From a virus (Duplodnaviria > Heunggongvirae > Uroviricota > Caudoviricetes): DNA of 64,000 nucleotides. A program made the translations under genes and the position numbers. Positions 44,701-55,907 of this stretch are shown here, piece by piece. Positions within the stretch are counted from its first letter, which is position 1. Each line of letters opens with the position of its first letter. The stretch covers positions 83,285-147,284 of the IMG/VR virus record IMGVR_UViG_3300027807_000001, one strand, 5' to 3'. The notes under the pieces were generated by a model. The model did no database searches, was not told where the DNA came from, and saw only the letters and a list, made by a program, of their open reading frames with translations.

Positions 44701-45190
44701 CTAAGGGGCCTGTCCATCTTCTGGAGGCTTCTCTGGGCTTTCCTTTCCTTCTAGCACCATTTTTAGATATTTGTCGTATTCTTCCAATCTAAAATAATAA
44801 ACATCCACATACTTATGGCATTTAGTGCACTCGGTGTATATAGACGCATAGACTCTACCACGCCAGCTTAAGACGTGGTAGAAGGCCCATAACCTGCAGT
44901 AAGCGCACAGAACTCTAGAGTTCGTTAACATGCCGTCATCTTTATAGATAGGCGGCACCTATCGCCGCGTGTTGGCTAGGGGTGCTAGTGCCTATTGTTT
45001 ACTTTGATTCTGAGGGCGCTTTGGGTGCAGCTGCCTTCTCTTCTTCAATCGCAAGATAGCAATTGCAGGTGCCGCAAAATACGACGTTGCGCGCTTCGCC
45101 AATTGCAATTTTCTTCAGATTTGAAGTCTTCTCGCGACAGTTTGAACAATGGTAAGTTCCTGACATAATTATTTTCTCCTTAAGTATAAC

Positions 45191-46030
45191 CTAAACGTAC
45201 ATCTTTCCGTTGGCCATTACACATCCATCGACAACTTTGATAACGCGACCATCGAAGACTCCGGATGGAAGTACATCAGCACTCCAAAATCCATTTGCCC
45301 AACGGGTACTCCCGTCTGTTAAATATCCAGGATTCAATCTGCACAGGCAAGGAACCATTGTATACTGGTTAGTAGATCGTTGATCTCCGCTGTTGTGCTG
45401 TAATTCAGTAGCTTCGGTGTGGTGATGTCCACAAATAACGCTGCGCGCAGGAAACTTTCTGCGCATAGCTGCTATAGATCCTACTTGGTGTCCATGAATA
45501 TACGTTAGACGTCCTAAGCTTAGTTCCTTTCCAAAAGGAAGAACTTTAAAGCCGAGCGTATCTGTTTGAAGATGACGCACTAGAAGATCGGCTAAAACCT
45601 GTTTGCGAATCTCCGCTAAATCTGATTTAAATGTCATACTCTCAACACCAAGTGTAACATTGCCGGCTAGGGCGGGGTAAGTCATGCACGCCCAGTATAG
45701 CCATTCCTCGTGGTTGCCAGGGATATAAATCTTTTCGCAGTTTGCGGGGAGTACAGATGCTAGCTCTTTCAAAACTTCGCGCCCAGACTTAAGCTCCTGT
45801 TCTAACATGCCGCGAAGTTTTTCCAATCCAATGTATTTGAATTCTTTTTCATTCCAATGTGACGCCCACTCAAGGTTAAGGAAATCGCCGCCGATAAGAA
45901 AGTGCGTTGGCTTATAATCCTTAATGTAACTGTACACAGGCGATAAGTTGATGTTGTGGGGGCAGTGCACGTCGAAGAGAGCAACATGTCTCTTCATGGT
46001 GGGAGCGAGCGATACTTTCTTGACACTCAT
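45191..46030 (-). CDS. calcineurin-like metallophosphoesterase
   Basis: DVH, GGDFL, GNHE, HGH, GHHH. Confidence 0.8.
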   Translation of the reverse strand: MSVKKVSLAPTMKRHVALFDVHCPHNINLSPVYSYIKDYKPTHFLIGGDFLNLEWASHWNEKEFKYIGLEKLRGMLEQELKSGREVLKELASVLPANCEKIYIPGNHEEWLYWACMTYPALAGNVTLGVESMTFKSDLAEIRKQVLADLLVRHLQTDTLGFKVLPFGKELSLGRLTYIHGHQVGSIAAMRRKFPARSVICGHHHTEATELQHNSGDQRSTNQYTMVPCLCRLNPGYLTDGSTRWANGFWSADVLPSGVFDGRVIKVVDGCVMANGKMYV

Positions 46031-46044
46031 CTATTTTCCTCTCA

Positions 46045-46173
46045 TCAAGCAGAGTTAATTGCTACTCGTTCTGCTTTATTCTCTTCGTAATATTTCTTGT
46101 TACCCGCAGCACATTTTTCTTTATTTGCTTTACGGTAAAGAATGTCGTACTGCTTCTTCTCTAACTTTGTCAT
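46045..46173 (-). pseudogene. truncated homing-endonuclease-type N-terminus
   Basis: MTKLEKKQYDILYRKANKEKC..KKYYEENK then stop. Confidence 0.4.
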
Positions 46174-46206
46174 ATCGCTATTCTATAATACACCTTTCCG
46201 ACTAAA

Positions 46207-47325
46207 TTACTTTTCGGGAGTTCCTGCGGGTTTTCGGAAAGGTGCTAAAGCTTTATAAACTTCGCCGACTAGCTTTCCGTCATCCTCTGCTAGTGCGGCG
46301 TGCTCTAAAGACTCATGACGATAAGCATCTCCAAGACGAACCCACTTCTCCTTCTCTTTTGCATCGTTCGTATCGTTAGATAACTTATAACAAGCTGCCG
46401 CGCGCGAACCCCAAGTCCATGCTGTCTCGGTGTTGATCATTACTTCTGTTTTACCCTTAACTTCTCCTAGGGCTTTTTCGACATTAAGCATTGACGCTCC
46501 TGCGGTTGCTACAATATTATACTTATGAAGTATATCTTTTAGACTTTGCGACGGAGAATGTATCTTCCCTTCTAGATAGCCTTGCACTTCCAGGGCGGAA
46601 GTTTCTCCATATTCTCGTTGAATACGCGTTAGTAAGAATGTAAGAAGCTGATCTCCCTGTTTATAAAATGCGCTGAAAGGATTTTTAACTTCTTGTCCGG
46701 GATGTCCGGCAGGCTCCCATGTGTTGCTGGGGTAATCTTGCTTAACATTACGATTACCAATGTCTAGCTGGCTCTCTCCCATCCCTTTCGGATCACCGAC
46801 TCTTCTTTGTTGAATACGAAGATCTTCGCGTCCGGTCGCAAGAGGGACGGCTATAAGACGCTCAGGTTGCGAGGTGTATAGCACATCTGTATCCTCATCG
46901 CGAATGTCAAAGGTTTTATCTGCGTTTATTCGCTCAATAAATCCCGTATACTCAGCACCCCAGGGCGCCTTATCATTCTTTTTAACACGAACTCTGTCGC
47001 CTATTTGAAAAGCTACTAATTCAATACGACCGATAGGTAGAAATGACGACATCGGTTCTGCTAATGCCCCTGGGTTACTTTTACTGAAATTAACTGCCTG
47101 ATTTTGTCCGGGCCATTTGTTATGCTTACCCATTCCTTTGTCAGTGAACTCTTGGGAACCTACTTGGAGTGATCCGATATTTTCATAAACGATTTTGGTC
47201 GCCTCATCTAAAGAAATATCATTACCGTGAGCTACAGCGGTGCATAGATCACAAAAAACGTCGTAGGGTAGAGTAGTCTGATACCCTGCTACTTGTTTCT
47301 TAATGTACTCCTGCGGTGAATTCAT
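46207..47325 (-). CDS. modular protein with SH3-like module; putative virion protein
   Basis: FQIGDRVRVKK..YTGFIERIN..TFDIR. Confidence 0.6.
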   Translation of the reverse strand: MNSPQEYIKKQVAGYQTTLPYDVFCDLCTAVAHGNDISLDEATKIVYENIGSLQVGSQEFTDKGMGKHNKWPGQNQAVNFSKSNPGALAEPMSSFLPIGRIELVAFQIGDRVRVKKNDKAPWGAEYTGFIERINADKTFDIRDEDTDVLYTSQPERLIAVPLATGREDLRIQQRRVGDPKGMGESQLDIGNRNVKQDYPSNTWEPAGHPGQEVKNPFSAFYKQGDQLLTFLLTRIQREYGETSALEVQGYLEGKIHSPSQSLKDILHKYNIVATAGASMLNVEKALGEVKGKTEVMINTETAWTWGSRAAACYKLSNDTNDAKEKEKWVRLGDAYRHESLEHAALAEDDGKLVGEVYKALAPFRKPAGTPEK

Positions 47326-50162
47326 TACACTTTTCTACAAGCCGGGCAGGGAGTAGCTCCTTCATCTTTGCACTTCGCACACGAAACAGATAGCCATAAT
47401 TCATCGTCCATGCATGAGCAAGGGAGACTGCCAACACCAGCACATTTAGCGCATACATCTAAACTTGAACGTGTCCACTTCATTTTTTGGCCAGGATTTG
47501 ATGGATCTTCAGTTTCGAAGTCGTTACCCATGTCCTCGGTTATTTCTTTTTCAATAGTTTGCTTTCCATCAGGGCTTGTATATTTATATTTCACTGCCTC
47601 TTTCTTCAATTCTTTTGGAGGTGTGAACTCTTTGGAGGGGGCAGCTTCTTCCGGAAGTATTTCTGGGGCTTCCTTTTTAACAGGGACCCGCACCTCTACG
47701 TGGGCTGACTGAAGATACTTAACAAATTCCTTGAGATCTTTCTTTGAGTATTGGTAGTTATTCTTTGGGTCTGCCATCCATTCTTCAATATCGGCAGTTG
47801 TAACCACAGTGGGTTGATGGTCATAACTATTTAAAAATTCTTGAACAGCGTCAAAATTAGGTTTAATGACCGCCTCTTTCTTTAGTTCCTCTGCGTTGAG
47901 CGCAGCTGATTCTTCTGAGGGATTGCTCTTTGCCTGAATTTCTGCTTCAAATTCTTTTTCAAGAGCGGTGTACGCCTCTGGGTTCTTTTGCTTTAAATTC
48001 TGTATTGCTTTAAGAAGAGATTCCGTGACTGCAGAAGGCGGAGCAATGCTCTCTGCGACCTTTTGAAGACTCATCTTGCCTGCTTTACTTAAAGCTTCTT
48101 CAGGCAATGTAACGTTGCCGCCGCAATCAAGCTCTACTAGATAAAATTCTTCAGCGCCATCATTGGCCGCCAAGATTACCTTCTCTCGGACAGTGCCTAG
48201 CTCCCCTTTGTATGACTCGCCGTTGAGTTCAACTGTACCAACTTTAACCCGATCTCCTAGCTGATACTTATACGAGAGGCCCTCATTTTCCCAAGGGTAT
48301 TTCTCTAGATCTGATGCTGCTTCTTTAAGAATTGCTACTTTATCTAAGTTAGCAACTTTAGTAATTCCAAGAATATTACCAGAGGTAAAAGCCACTTCTG
48401 CGTCGTTGCAATCGGTGATCACTACCTCTGTGCCCTCAGGTAATGCGCCCACAGATGTGTTAAGGACGGCGTTGTCGCCTGCGTTAAAGATCATTTTGGA
48501 CTCCTGCGAAGATCCTTTCATGTGTTTAAATTGTTCCATTTGTTGTAAGTGATGTTTTGCTTCAGATTCTGTTTTATGTGAAGATAAAATTTCATGCGTC
48601 TTATGGCTTTTGATTACCCAAGGGGCTTCTTCTCCTTTTGAATTCTTATGTCCAGGCACATGTTCTACGTAGGCCACCACCATAAGAGATGCCTTCTTGC
48701 TCGACTTGCATGTGCCACATGTGCAGCTGTCTCCGTAGCATCTTTCATGAGCGCCAAGGTCACACTGTGTACAAAGGCCATCGGCTGCTTCCGAAAAAAC
48801 AGAAAGGTCAGAGCTGGTTTTAACTTCTCCAACCAATTCAGATTCCTTCCTAAAAGAAAGAATTTGATCTTTAGCTTCCTTAGTTATAGGACTGGTTGGT
48901 GCTTCGTTTTGAACATTAGAATTTCCGCGATTGGGTTCCACAAATACTCCGGTGCCGTCTGAATTCGCTACTCCAACGTTCGCTTTACCTTCTTGCCCTA
49001 CTTCACTGGGCATTCTTTTAGAAGCGACCCATTCTGCGTAAACTTTACGGGCAACTCTCTGCACATTTTCTTCTACATACTGAGGAGCTTTTTCAACAAG
49101 ATACTCCGCCACTTTCTTTTCAATATCTTCTTCGCTGCCCTGGATATTAGAAGCTGCTAGCCATTCTGCTAACACAGTTACTAGCTGTTTTTCTTCTTCC
49201 GCACTTGGTCCTCGAGTATTTGGTTTAATAATAGATGATACGTCTGCTGCCACTTTGTTTAAATTTGATTTAGTTTCCATGGGGATCCAGTGGTCATGTA
49301 AAAACTTAAGATTGCCGTCCATCTTTGTAATATCATTATGCCTCTTTTCTAACGCAAATAAAGAGGCCTTGAGTCTATCTTTTTCGGAATCTTGTGCAGA
49401 ACTTATCTCTTCTTTAAGATTTTTAATCTGGTCATCTAGCCCTTCTACTTCATAAAACCGAGGCAACTTGCGATGAGCTTTTTCTAAAAACGTTTCTAGC
49501 GGTAAATTTTCATCGAGGATATCTACAATGTCGTCTACAGGTTTCTCTCCAACCTGTTTATTCTTGTCAGAAGGCATCCGTACCATTTCAGATATGACTG
49601 GTGCGACTTTTAACCAGATGTCTTGTTCCGTTCTTGATTTCGAAGGAGCTCTTGGGGGTGCGGGAGTTTCTTTGACTTTAATAATATCGTCTTTTGAGTA
49701 ATCCGCTTCTGGGGAGTCAGGGTGACGTTTCCACGGCTTACTTTTGTGAGTCTTTCCGTTAACCAGCTGATCTTTATAAGCCTCTACTGACTTCTCTAAT
49801 CTTTCTTCTCTTGTTGCCTGTCTAGACAAGAGCTTAGTTCTAAAATAATCTTTTGCTTGATAAGCGAGACGGGCCAACCTGTCCTCGAAAGCTTTTTTAA
49901 CGTTGTGCATTTGATCTAAAGGAACATGCTCTTTGACTAGGATACCGAACTCATCTTTTTGCCCTAGAAGAGCGTTTCTAAGATCGTTGACTGCAGCAGC
50001 AAACGCTTCGTAGTCTTTATCTGAGAATTTCCCCCACAACTTGTCGTCAGCATACTCTTTAAATATCTCTTCGCTAACAAATAAAAAATCTAAGGCGTCA
50101 TTACGTTCCTGCAGTAATGGCCTCACTTTTTCTACAACTTCTTTCGCGTCTTGCTCGCTCAT
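47325..50162 (-). CDS. 945-aa modular protein with many K-x-A motifs; putative head protein
   Basis: eight or more KEA/KVA/KKA sites separating short modules incl. YQLGDRVKV and Cys knuckles. Confidence 0.65.
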   Translation of the reverse strand: MSEQDAKEVVEKVRPLLQERNDALDFLFVSEEIFKEYADDKLWGKFSDKDYEAFAAAVNDLRNALLGQKDEFGILVKEHVPLDQMHNVKKAFEDRLARLAYQAKDYFRTKLLSRQATREERLEKSVEAYKDQLVNGKTHKSKPWKRHPDSPEADYSKDDIIKVKETPAPPRAPSKSRTEQDIWLKVAPVISEMVRMPSDKNKQVGEKPVDDIVDILDENLPLETFLEKAHRKLPRFYEVEGLDDQIKNLKEEISSAQDSEKDRLKASLFALEKRHNDITKMDGNLKFLHDHWIPMETKSNLNKVAADVSSIIKPNTRGPSAEEEKQLVTVLAEWLAASNIQGSEEDIEKKVAEYLVEKAPQYVEENVQRVARKVYAEWVASKRMPSEVGQEGKANVGVANSDGTGVFVEPNRGNSNVQNEAPTSPITKEAKDQILSFRKESELVGEVKTSSDLSVFSEAADGLCTQCDLGAHERCYGDSCTCGTCKSSKKASLMVVAYVEHVPGHKNSKGEEAPWVIKSHKTHEILSSHKTESEAKHHLQQMEQFKHMKGSSQESKMIFNAGDNAVLNTSVGALPEGTEVVITDCNDAEVAFTSGNILGITKVANLDKVAILKEAASDLEKYPWENEGLSYKYQLGDRVKVGTVELNGESYKGELGTVREKVILAANDGAEEFYLVELDCGGNVTLPEEALSKAGKMSLQKVAESIAPPSAVTESLLKAIQNLKQKNPEAYTALEKEFEAEIQAKSNPSEESAALNAEELKKEAVIKPNFDAVQEFLNSYDHQPTVVTTADIEEWMADPKNNYQYSKKDLKEFVKYLQSAHVEVRVPVKKEAPEILPEEAAPSKEFTPPKELKKEAVKYKYTSPDGKQTIEKEITEDMGNDFETEDPSNPGQKMKWTRSSLDVCAKCAGVGSLPCSCMDDELWLSVSCAKCKDEGATPCPACRKV

Positions 50163-50164
50163 CT

Positions 50165-50821
50165 TTAAGAAAGGTATGAATTGGTATCTCGGGAAGGGTC
50201 AGCAACTATATCAACTTTCCGATTAGGAAACTTCTTGGCTAGCGCCCTTGCTTTGATTTGTAAATCGGGCAAAAATGAAGATGTGCGGACATTCTGCCAA
50301 ATACCATTTTCATCTTGCGCTATCAGCTGGTATGAAGCTGGCTCTGATTTTTTATTCATTGAGAAAGGTCCTCCTACTTCTATGTTCTCGGGGCGTACTG
50401 GAGTTGGTTCTCCTTTGGTGCGCTCTCCAAGAGATTCTTTTATGGGTTTAACTGTATAAGGTATATTTGCAATATTGCAGGCTAGCTGCAGCACTAGATT
50501 ATAACGATAGGCTGCCCCTCCCTCTGACCATTCTTCCGGAATGATAAAAAAGACAACAGATGCAGCGCTGTGCTGCTTGAGGACTTTCGCGGTTTCTTTT
50601 CCTAAGCTCTCAACCTCATCTATGTCTATAATATGATCCTGAAGAGGAATAGCGTTCTCTTCGAATACTAATCCATATTCTGATGTAATTACCGCAAATT
50701 CCTCTCCGGCATCCTTCGCTAACTGTCGCACGTACCAAACACGATCAGAATAGTAGCGTCTGTGGGGAGGGAGAGGGTTAGGATCTGGATTAGCTGTTTT
50801 GGAGCCGTAGGTTACGTACAT
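50165..50821 (-). CDS. hypothetical protein, weak YaaA/DUF6884-like N-terminus
   Basis: YYS..FAVITSEYGLV..IPLQD. Confidence 0.45.
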   Translation of the reverse strand: MYVTYGSKTANPDPNPLPPHRRYYSDRVWYVRQLAKDAGEEFAVITSEYGLVFEENAIPLQDHIIDIDEVESLGKETAKVLKQHSAASVVFFIIPEEWSEGGAAYRYNLVLQLACNIANIPYTVKPIKESLGERTKGEPTPVRPENIEVGGPFSMNKKSEPASYQLIAQDENGIWQNVRTSSFLPDLQIKARALAKKFPNRKVDIVADPSRDTNSYLS

Positions 50822-50825
50822 TGTA

Positions 50826-52196
50826 TTAAGATAGACCTTCTTCTTTCTCTACGGGGTTCTTCGACTTGACTACATCAAAAGTATCGTGCGCGTCATCAAA
50901 CGAGTAATAGCTCGGGTACATAGTTCCTTCTACCTTGATGATGTAAGTTTTATCGTCATCATTTACGTAGGCGACGTGGGCGCGCGCTCCGTTGTGTTTG
51001 GCCTCTAAGGATGTCCCGGCTTTCCACTTCGAGGCAGCTTCTTTATATACTGCTTCATCTTGAGAGGCGTCTACGCGCATCTGACATTCGTTGCAAGTAT
51101 TTTCAGCGGTGCAGCTGCAGGATGCCTCCTTTTTCGGATTCATTTTCTGTTGGCGCTTTTCCTCCTCTTTCTTAGGATCGGGGTCTGCAGGTAAATCTAC
51201 AATCTCATGCCCGTCATGCGCCTTATCTCCGGGAGCGGGTACTTTACCGCATTTCATGCACCACGCTTCTGCTTCTTTCTTTAATCCTTTGCGAGCGGTG
51301 TCGCTGCGATCTAATTTAGCTACTCCTGTCTTGGGGTAGAGCTCTAGCGCCCGCTCTCGCGCTTCTTTCTCTTTCTCATTCTGTTCATGGACCGCTTCAA
51401 AGAATGCCGCTGAGTCTAGCTGGCTATGTTGCGGTATTAAGTTAAAAAGTCGCTGCTCCGCCTTCTTTCTATTCTTCTTTACTTCCCCTAGAGTTGTGTG
51501 GAAGTACTCTGCATAATTTTCGGGAACAGGTTTCCCCATGCCTACAAGTTCTCTTTCGGTTAGCTGTTCTGCTAAAACAAAATCAGATAGCCCCATCGTT
51601 AAGCGTTCCCAGTCTCGCTGGATCGTCTGCGCGCGCGTTTCATCAGCGCTATAGGCTGCTTCCTTTATAAATTTAGGAACTACTGAATCGCTGGTGGCGA
51701 ACTTCTCTGCACCATCTTTATTTGGTGGAAGAATATCGCCGATATTAATATTTGACATTTTGTTAATCCCCTCATCTAAAAGTCCCAATTGATCTTGCAA
51801 AATCTTGTTTGGCAATTCTTGTTGCAACTTCTTTTGTCGTCTCGCATCGTTATATTGTTTCAGCTTTTCAATATTTACAGGATCGTTCTTATAGGCTATG
51901 TCCGCCTGGGTGTGTCCCTGCAACTGATGGTATTCTCGAAACTTATTTTTACAGTCTTCAGCCAGCCCGTTCCAAAAATCTTTCCACATTTCTTTAGCGA
52001 GTTCTGGATCCTTTACACGCGCTAAAGAAATATCTGTCCAATCTTTCTGTTGTGCAGGCGTTATACTTTTATAGAATTCATCCCAAAAATCTTTGCGCAT
52101 CTTGTTCTGTTCTTCTAGATCAAGACCTTCGAATTCTTTTAAAAACTGTTTATCTAGCTTAGACTCTTTAATTAAATCTATTAACCAATGATCCAT
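50826..52196 (-). CDS. 456-aa modular protein with four KEA motifs
   Basis: IKEAAY, KKEAEA, KKEASC, YKEAAS. Confidence 0.62.
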   Translation of the reverse strand: MDHWLIDLIKESKLDKQFLKEFEGLDLEEQNKMRKDFWDEFYKSITPAQQKDWTDISLARVKDPELAKEMWKDFWNGLAEDCKNKFREYHQLQGHTQADIAYKNDPVNIEKLKQYNDARRQKKLQQELPNKILQDQLGLLDEGINKMSNINIGDILPPNKDGAEKFATSDSVVPKFIKEAAYSADETRAQTIQRDWERLTMGLSDFVLAEQLTERELVGMGKPVPENYAEYFHTTLGEVKKNRKKAEQRLFNLIPQHSQLDSAAFFEAVHEQNEKEKEARERALELYPKTGVAKLDRSDTARKGLKKEAEAWCMKCGKVPAPGDKAHDGHEIVDLPADPDPKKEEEKRQQKMNPKKEASCSCTAENTCNECQMRVDASQDEAVYKEAASKWKAGTSLEAKHNGARAHVAYVNDDDKTYIIKVEGTMYPSYYSFDDAHDTFDVVKSKNPVEKEEGLS

Positions 52197-53383
52197 GTTA
52201 TAGAAGGGTTTTGTTTCTTAGATGGGCTAGTCCGTTTACGAAGCTGATAAAAGCATCGCGCACTTCATCTTGATATGCGTGATCTGTCATCTTATCACGA
52301 ATTTCCTGCCACTTCATCTCACAGCTCAAGCATAGAAAACAATTAACTTTAGGTCCCGGTTTTGTCGAAGTTTCTATGCGCGCTTGGCATCGAGTACATC
52401 TGAGGATGTACGCTAGACTCTTCTCGTTTTCCATTAAAATATCTCCACTGTCTCTACTACCTGGCTTGTTATTACTTTTATTCCTCGGTAGACTTGCAGA
52501 GCGTAGGGTGAGCGGACTTTTCCGTGTTTTTGGGATATATCTTGGAATAACATCTCTTGCTGCATCTGACGAAAAAGATTTTCATTTAAAACAATGACCG
52601 AAGCTCTCTTCGCCTGCCCTTCAATTTCACTGATACGATCATCTACTATCTGAAAGATGCTATCCATTATCATTTCTGTTCCTCAACTCGGGCCCCGCAA
52701 CTTCTATTCCCGCAAGCGCCGCATATCTTTTCTATCTGTTCGCGAGTATATTCCTTACCTATCTCTTTAAAAGTTTTTAGGGCACCTTCTGAAGCTACTC
52801 TTTCAAAACAGCATTCGGAGCATATAATCTCATTTTCTAACAGGGGGCAGTGAAAGTAGAATACGTGAACGCCAAGACTACATTCGCACATTGAACATAT
52901 ATAAAACCCGCGTTCTTTAGCTTCGACATGTCCTTTGCAACTATTCATAAAGGTGCGGGTATTTTTCTCGCAGGTTCGCGGATTTTTCTGTTATTGTGCT
53001 ATCCGCCATCCCTTCTGCACCATATTTCCCAGTAGATTGTCTATTAAACATCTTATAATGACGTATCTGTTCATCTGAGAAGGAGTGCTGGGCAAGCCGG
53101 GATATCTGTATGGCTCTAAAATACTCGTCTCCTTTTTCTGTAAGCTGATACATATCTAAGCGAGGATCGTTTGCGGTGTAAAGTCGCCTGACCCATCTAC
53201 AAAATAATAGCCGCTTTCTGAAGATGCCCTCGAAGCGGCGCTGGGATATCCTGAGTAGGGTGCACCCTAGTTGTATTGTTTCAAAGTATGAATGGGGGAC
53301 GTTATCTGCAAAAAGCGCAAGCATCCTTCGGTCTGTTTCAGTATACATCAGGCTTTTCCTAAACTATTGGACATTCTATTTCT

Positions 53384-53989
53384 TTAATATCCTTTCTTTT
53401 TCTTAAGATCATTAATTAAATTAACGACCTCTTCTCCGTTATCTTCTCCCATTGCTAACGCTAGATACCCGAGAGTTCTGCGGCGAAGGGCTTGGTCTGT
53501 TTCGCTTACTTTGCGGGCCAACCCTAGCGGTTTTATGTAATCTTCTAGCTTCTTTCCAGCGACCTTAAAGAAGCTCTTTTCTGCGAGAATTTGTTCGTAA
53601 AACATGGAGGGGGTATTGAACTCCATGTCGAGGGCTTCTTTAAGCCTTAAATTTGTTATAGTAAGCTGCATAACTATTGAGTCGGGAGATACATTTGCGA
53701 TAAACGCAGCGATGCGCGCAACATAGATCTTGTCTTCAATGTCTAAGTAAATTTGCGCCGCTCTCACGTCTTTTAGAATATCCAAATTAAAATTAGATAG
53801 AGGGTACTGACATACTAAGGTATAATTAAGAATATTCTTATCGAATAAGGCTGTAGTGTACACCTGCGACCAGAACCTTATGGTGAGCAAGTTGTTCTTT
53901 AAAACAAAATTACCCTTAGTATCTGCTTCTTTCGTTGGCAAGGTTACTAAGTCCTTAACTGCTTTTGTCTTCTTATTTTTTTTAATCAT
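53384..53989 (-). CDS. hypothetical protein
   Basis: 201-aa ORF. Confidence 0.55.
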   Translation of the reverse strand: MIKKNKKTKAVKDLVTLPTKEADTKGNFVLKNNLLTIRFWSQVYTTALFDKNILNYTLVCQYPLSNFNLDILKDVRAAQIYLDIEDKIYVARIAAFIANVSPDSIVMQLTITNLRLKEALDMEFNTPSMFYEQILAEKSFFKVAGKKLEDYIKPLGLARKVSETDQALRRRTLGYLALAMGEDNGEEVVNLINDLKKKKGY

Positions 53990-54353
53990 TGGACATCCCC
54001 TGCTTCACCTAGAATTTCTTTCTCAAGTTTACCCTGTATTCTAGGGATGCGCTTAAGCTGAGAATTGACATTATTGATCTCTTGAACACAAGAAACTACT
54101 TGGTAGCGTATATTGTCCCTTGCAACCATGTCGGGGGTGGAAACATACGACTTACTTAGTTGTACTAGCTCGCCGTACTGAGCGTCTAGTAGTGCGTGGG
54201 CTTCTGTAGTGAAATCTTTTATAAATCCAAACCATATATGTAGCTTCTCTACAGGGTCGGTGTACTCCAGAAGGGACTCTTCGATTTCATCAACACGTCT
54301 TTTAATAAAAAGGTCGTATGGCATAGTATATACTCTTATGAATAATACACTTT

Positions 54354-55058
54354 TTAAAGAACGTCTTTAAAAGTTTCGGCCATGTCCTGGTGGCTTTTTA
54401 TCTCTTCGTAGAACTTTCCTTTTATTTCCTCTACCTTGTCTGGAGCTACTCTCATAACAACCATGAAGAATAGCTGGATTAGTTTATAGAGCTGAGAATT
54501 GACCATCTCCGTCAGATGAGCGTTAGACTCTTCAGCTAGTTCTCCGGATAACTTAAGCTGAGTCTGTACCATGCTATGTATCTCTTTCAGGTAGTGCCCT
54601 ACGACTGCCTCTAATCCTGCAGTAGTTCCTTCCATCTCTTGAAGAGCTTCTATATGCTTCATTCGCTGAATACACTTCTTAATGAGACGCTCTAGTAACT
54701 CTTTTTTGTTAGAGATGTCGGTGCTGCCGTCTAGAATAGCGATGCGTTCTGCTGAAAAAGACTGTAATTCTGATTTTTCAACGATGGCAAGTTCTGTCCG
54801 TGTTGGCTCTATAACTGTTCCGGAAGCTATGGAAAGTTTTTTCTTAGCTTCGTACCAGTCTATGTAAGTGCCTATTGTAGGCGGAGTAGGTACCCCTTGC
54901 GAACCTTTGTAATTTGCTTTGATATAGCCTTCGATGGCCCATTCTCTTTTGCCGCTGTCGATCATCTGATTAATTTCCATCAGAAGTTTTTTAGGTAAAA
55001 GGAGCATCTTCGATTTGTAATTACGAATATCTCCTTCTGTTTCAAACGTTCTTTTCAT
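54354..55058 (-). CDS. hypothetical protein, possibly terminase small subunit-like
   Basis: N-terminal SKMLLLPKKLLMEINQMI resembles the Mu gp27-type HTH start; helical C-terminus. Confidence 0.35.
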   Translation of the reverse strand: MKRTFETEGDIRNYKSKMLLLPKKLLMEINQMIDSGKREWAIEGYIKANYKGSQGVPTPPTIGTYIDWYEAKKKLSIASGTVIEPTRTELAIVEKSELQSFSAERIAILDGSTDISNKKELLERLIKKCIQRMKHIEALQEMEGTTAGLEAVVGHYLKEIHSMVQTQLKLSGELAEESNAHLTEMVNSQLYKLIQLFFMVVMRVAPDKVEEIKGKFYEEIKSHQDMAETFKDVL

Positions 55059-55064
55059 AAAAGG

Positions 55065-55907
55065 TTATCGGCGTACTGTCCAAAAATCGTCAGTTAAATC
55101 GGGATTAGTCATGAAGTCGTACGGGAGATAAAAGTATCCTTTGTCGCCCCAGTAAGGACCCCAACTATTCCGTACGATAAACATCCTCGTCTGATCAGAA
55201 TATCCGACGCACATTACAGCGTGGCCACCCAGACGCTGTTCGTTAGTTGTAGGTATTGGAACTATTCCTGTCGATGCAACAGAATCACTTTCGAATGACT
55301 CAAATACTTGGAAGCCAAAAACAAAAGGATACCCGAGCGCTAAGCAGCTTTTTAAAGCGGCTATATCTGTCCCATCGAGAGACTGGTACAAACTTATCTT
55401 ATGGTTAGCTGCTTCTGCGAAACTAGCAGGAGTAGGTTGCTTAAACGCTAGAGAAGGATCGTATGGCCAGGTGATTTCAGAGCAAGCTCCTGTCGCTACT
55501 AACGATTTAATTCCATCACGCAACTGAGCCCCATTATCTTGGGTAGGATCTCCCTCTATCATACGCTCATTCCAGTATATAAAAAGACGGCTAAACGGGA
55601 TAAAATCTGTTCCGAATTCTTCTGGCTGGTTTGTTTGCCCAGCAGCCTCTTCTTGTAGTTCTAAAAACCCAAGAGCGCCTGCTAATGCATTAGCTGTGCA
55701 GGATCCTAGATCTCCTTGGTTAACGACTGGAGGGCACTTAGCGCGCAGATCAACTGAGGAAGGAAAATCAGAGGGGGCGTATGTGTAGGTTATATCTCTA
55801 AAATCAAACTTATCTTTAACCCAGTTATAACGCCTCTTAGGATAGGCAGTGGCGGCGCCAAAAAAGAGATCCCGAACTTTTTGAATCCAGCTAAGTAGTA
55901 TGTGCAT
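55065..55907 (-). CDS. papain-like (C1A) cysteine protease
   Basis: VDLR..NQGDLGSCTANA, GHAVMCVGY, VRNSWGPYWGDKGYFY. Confidence 0.92.
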   Translation of the reverse strand: MHILLSWIQKVRDLFFGAATAYPKRRYNWVKDKFDFRDITYTYAPSDFPSSVDLRAKCPPVVNQGDLGSCTANALAGALGFLELQEEAAGQTNQPEEFGTDFIPFSRLFIYWNERMIEGDPTQDNGAQLRDGIKSLVATGACSEITWPYDPSLAFKQPTPASFAEAANHKISLYQSLDGTDIAALKSCLALGYPFVFGFQVFESFESDSVASTGIVPIPTTNEQRLGGHAVMCVGYSDQTRMFIVRNSWGPYWGDKGYFYLPYDFMTNPDLTDDFWTVRR

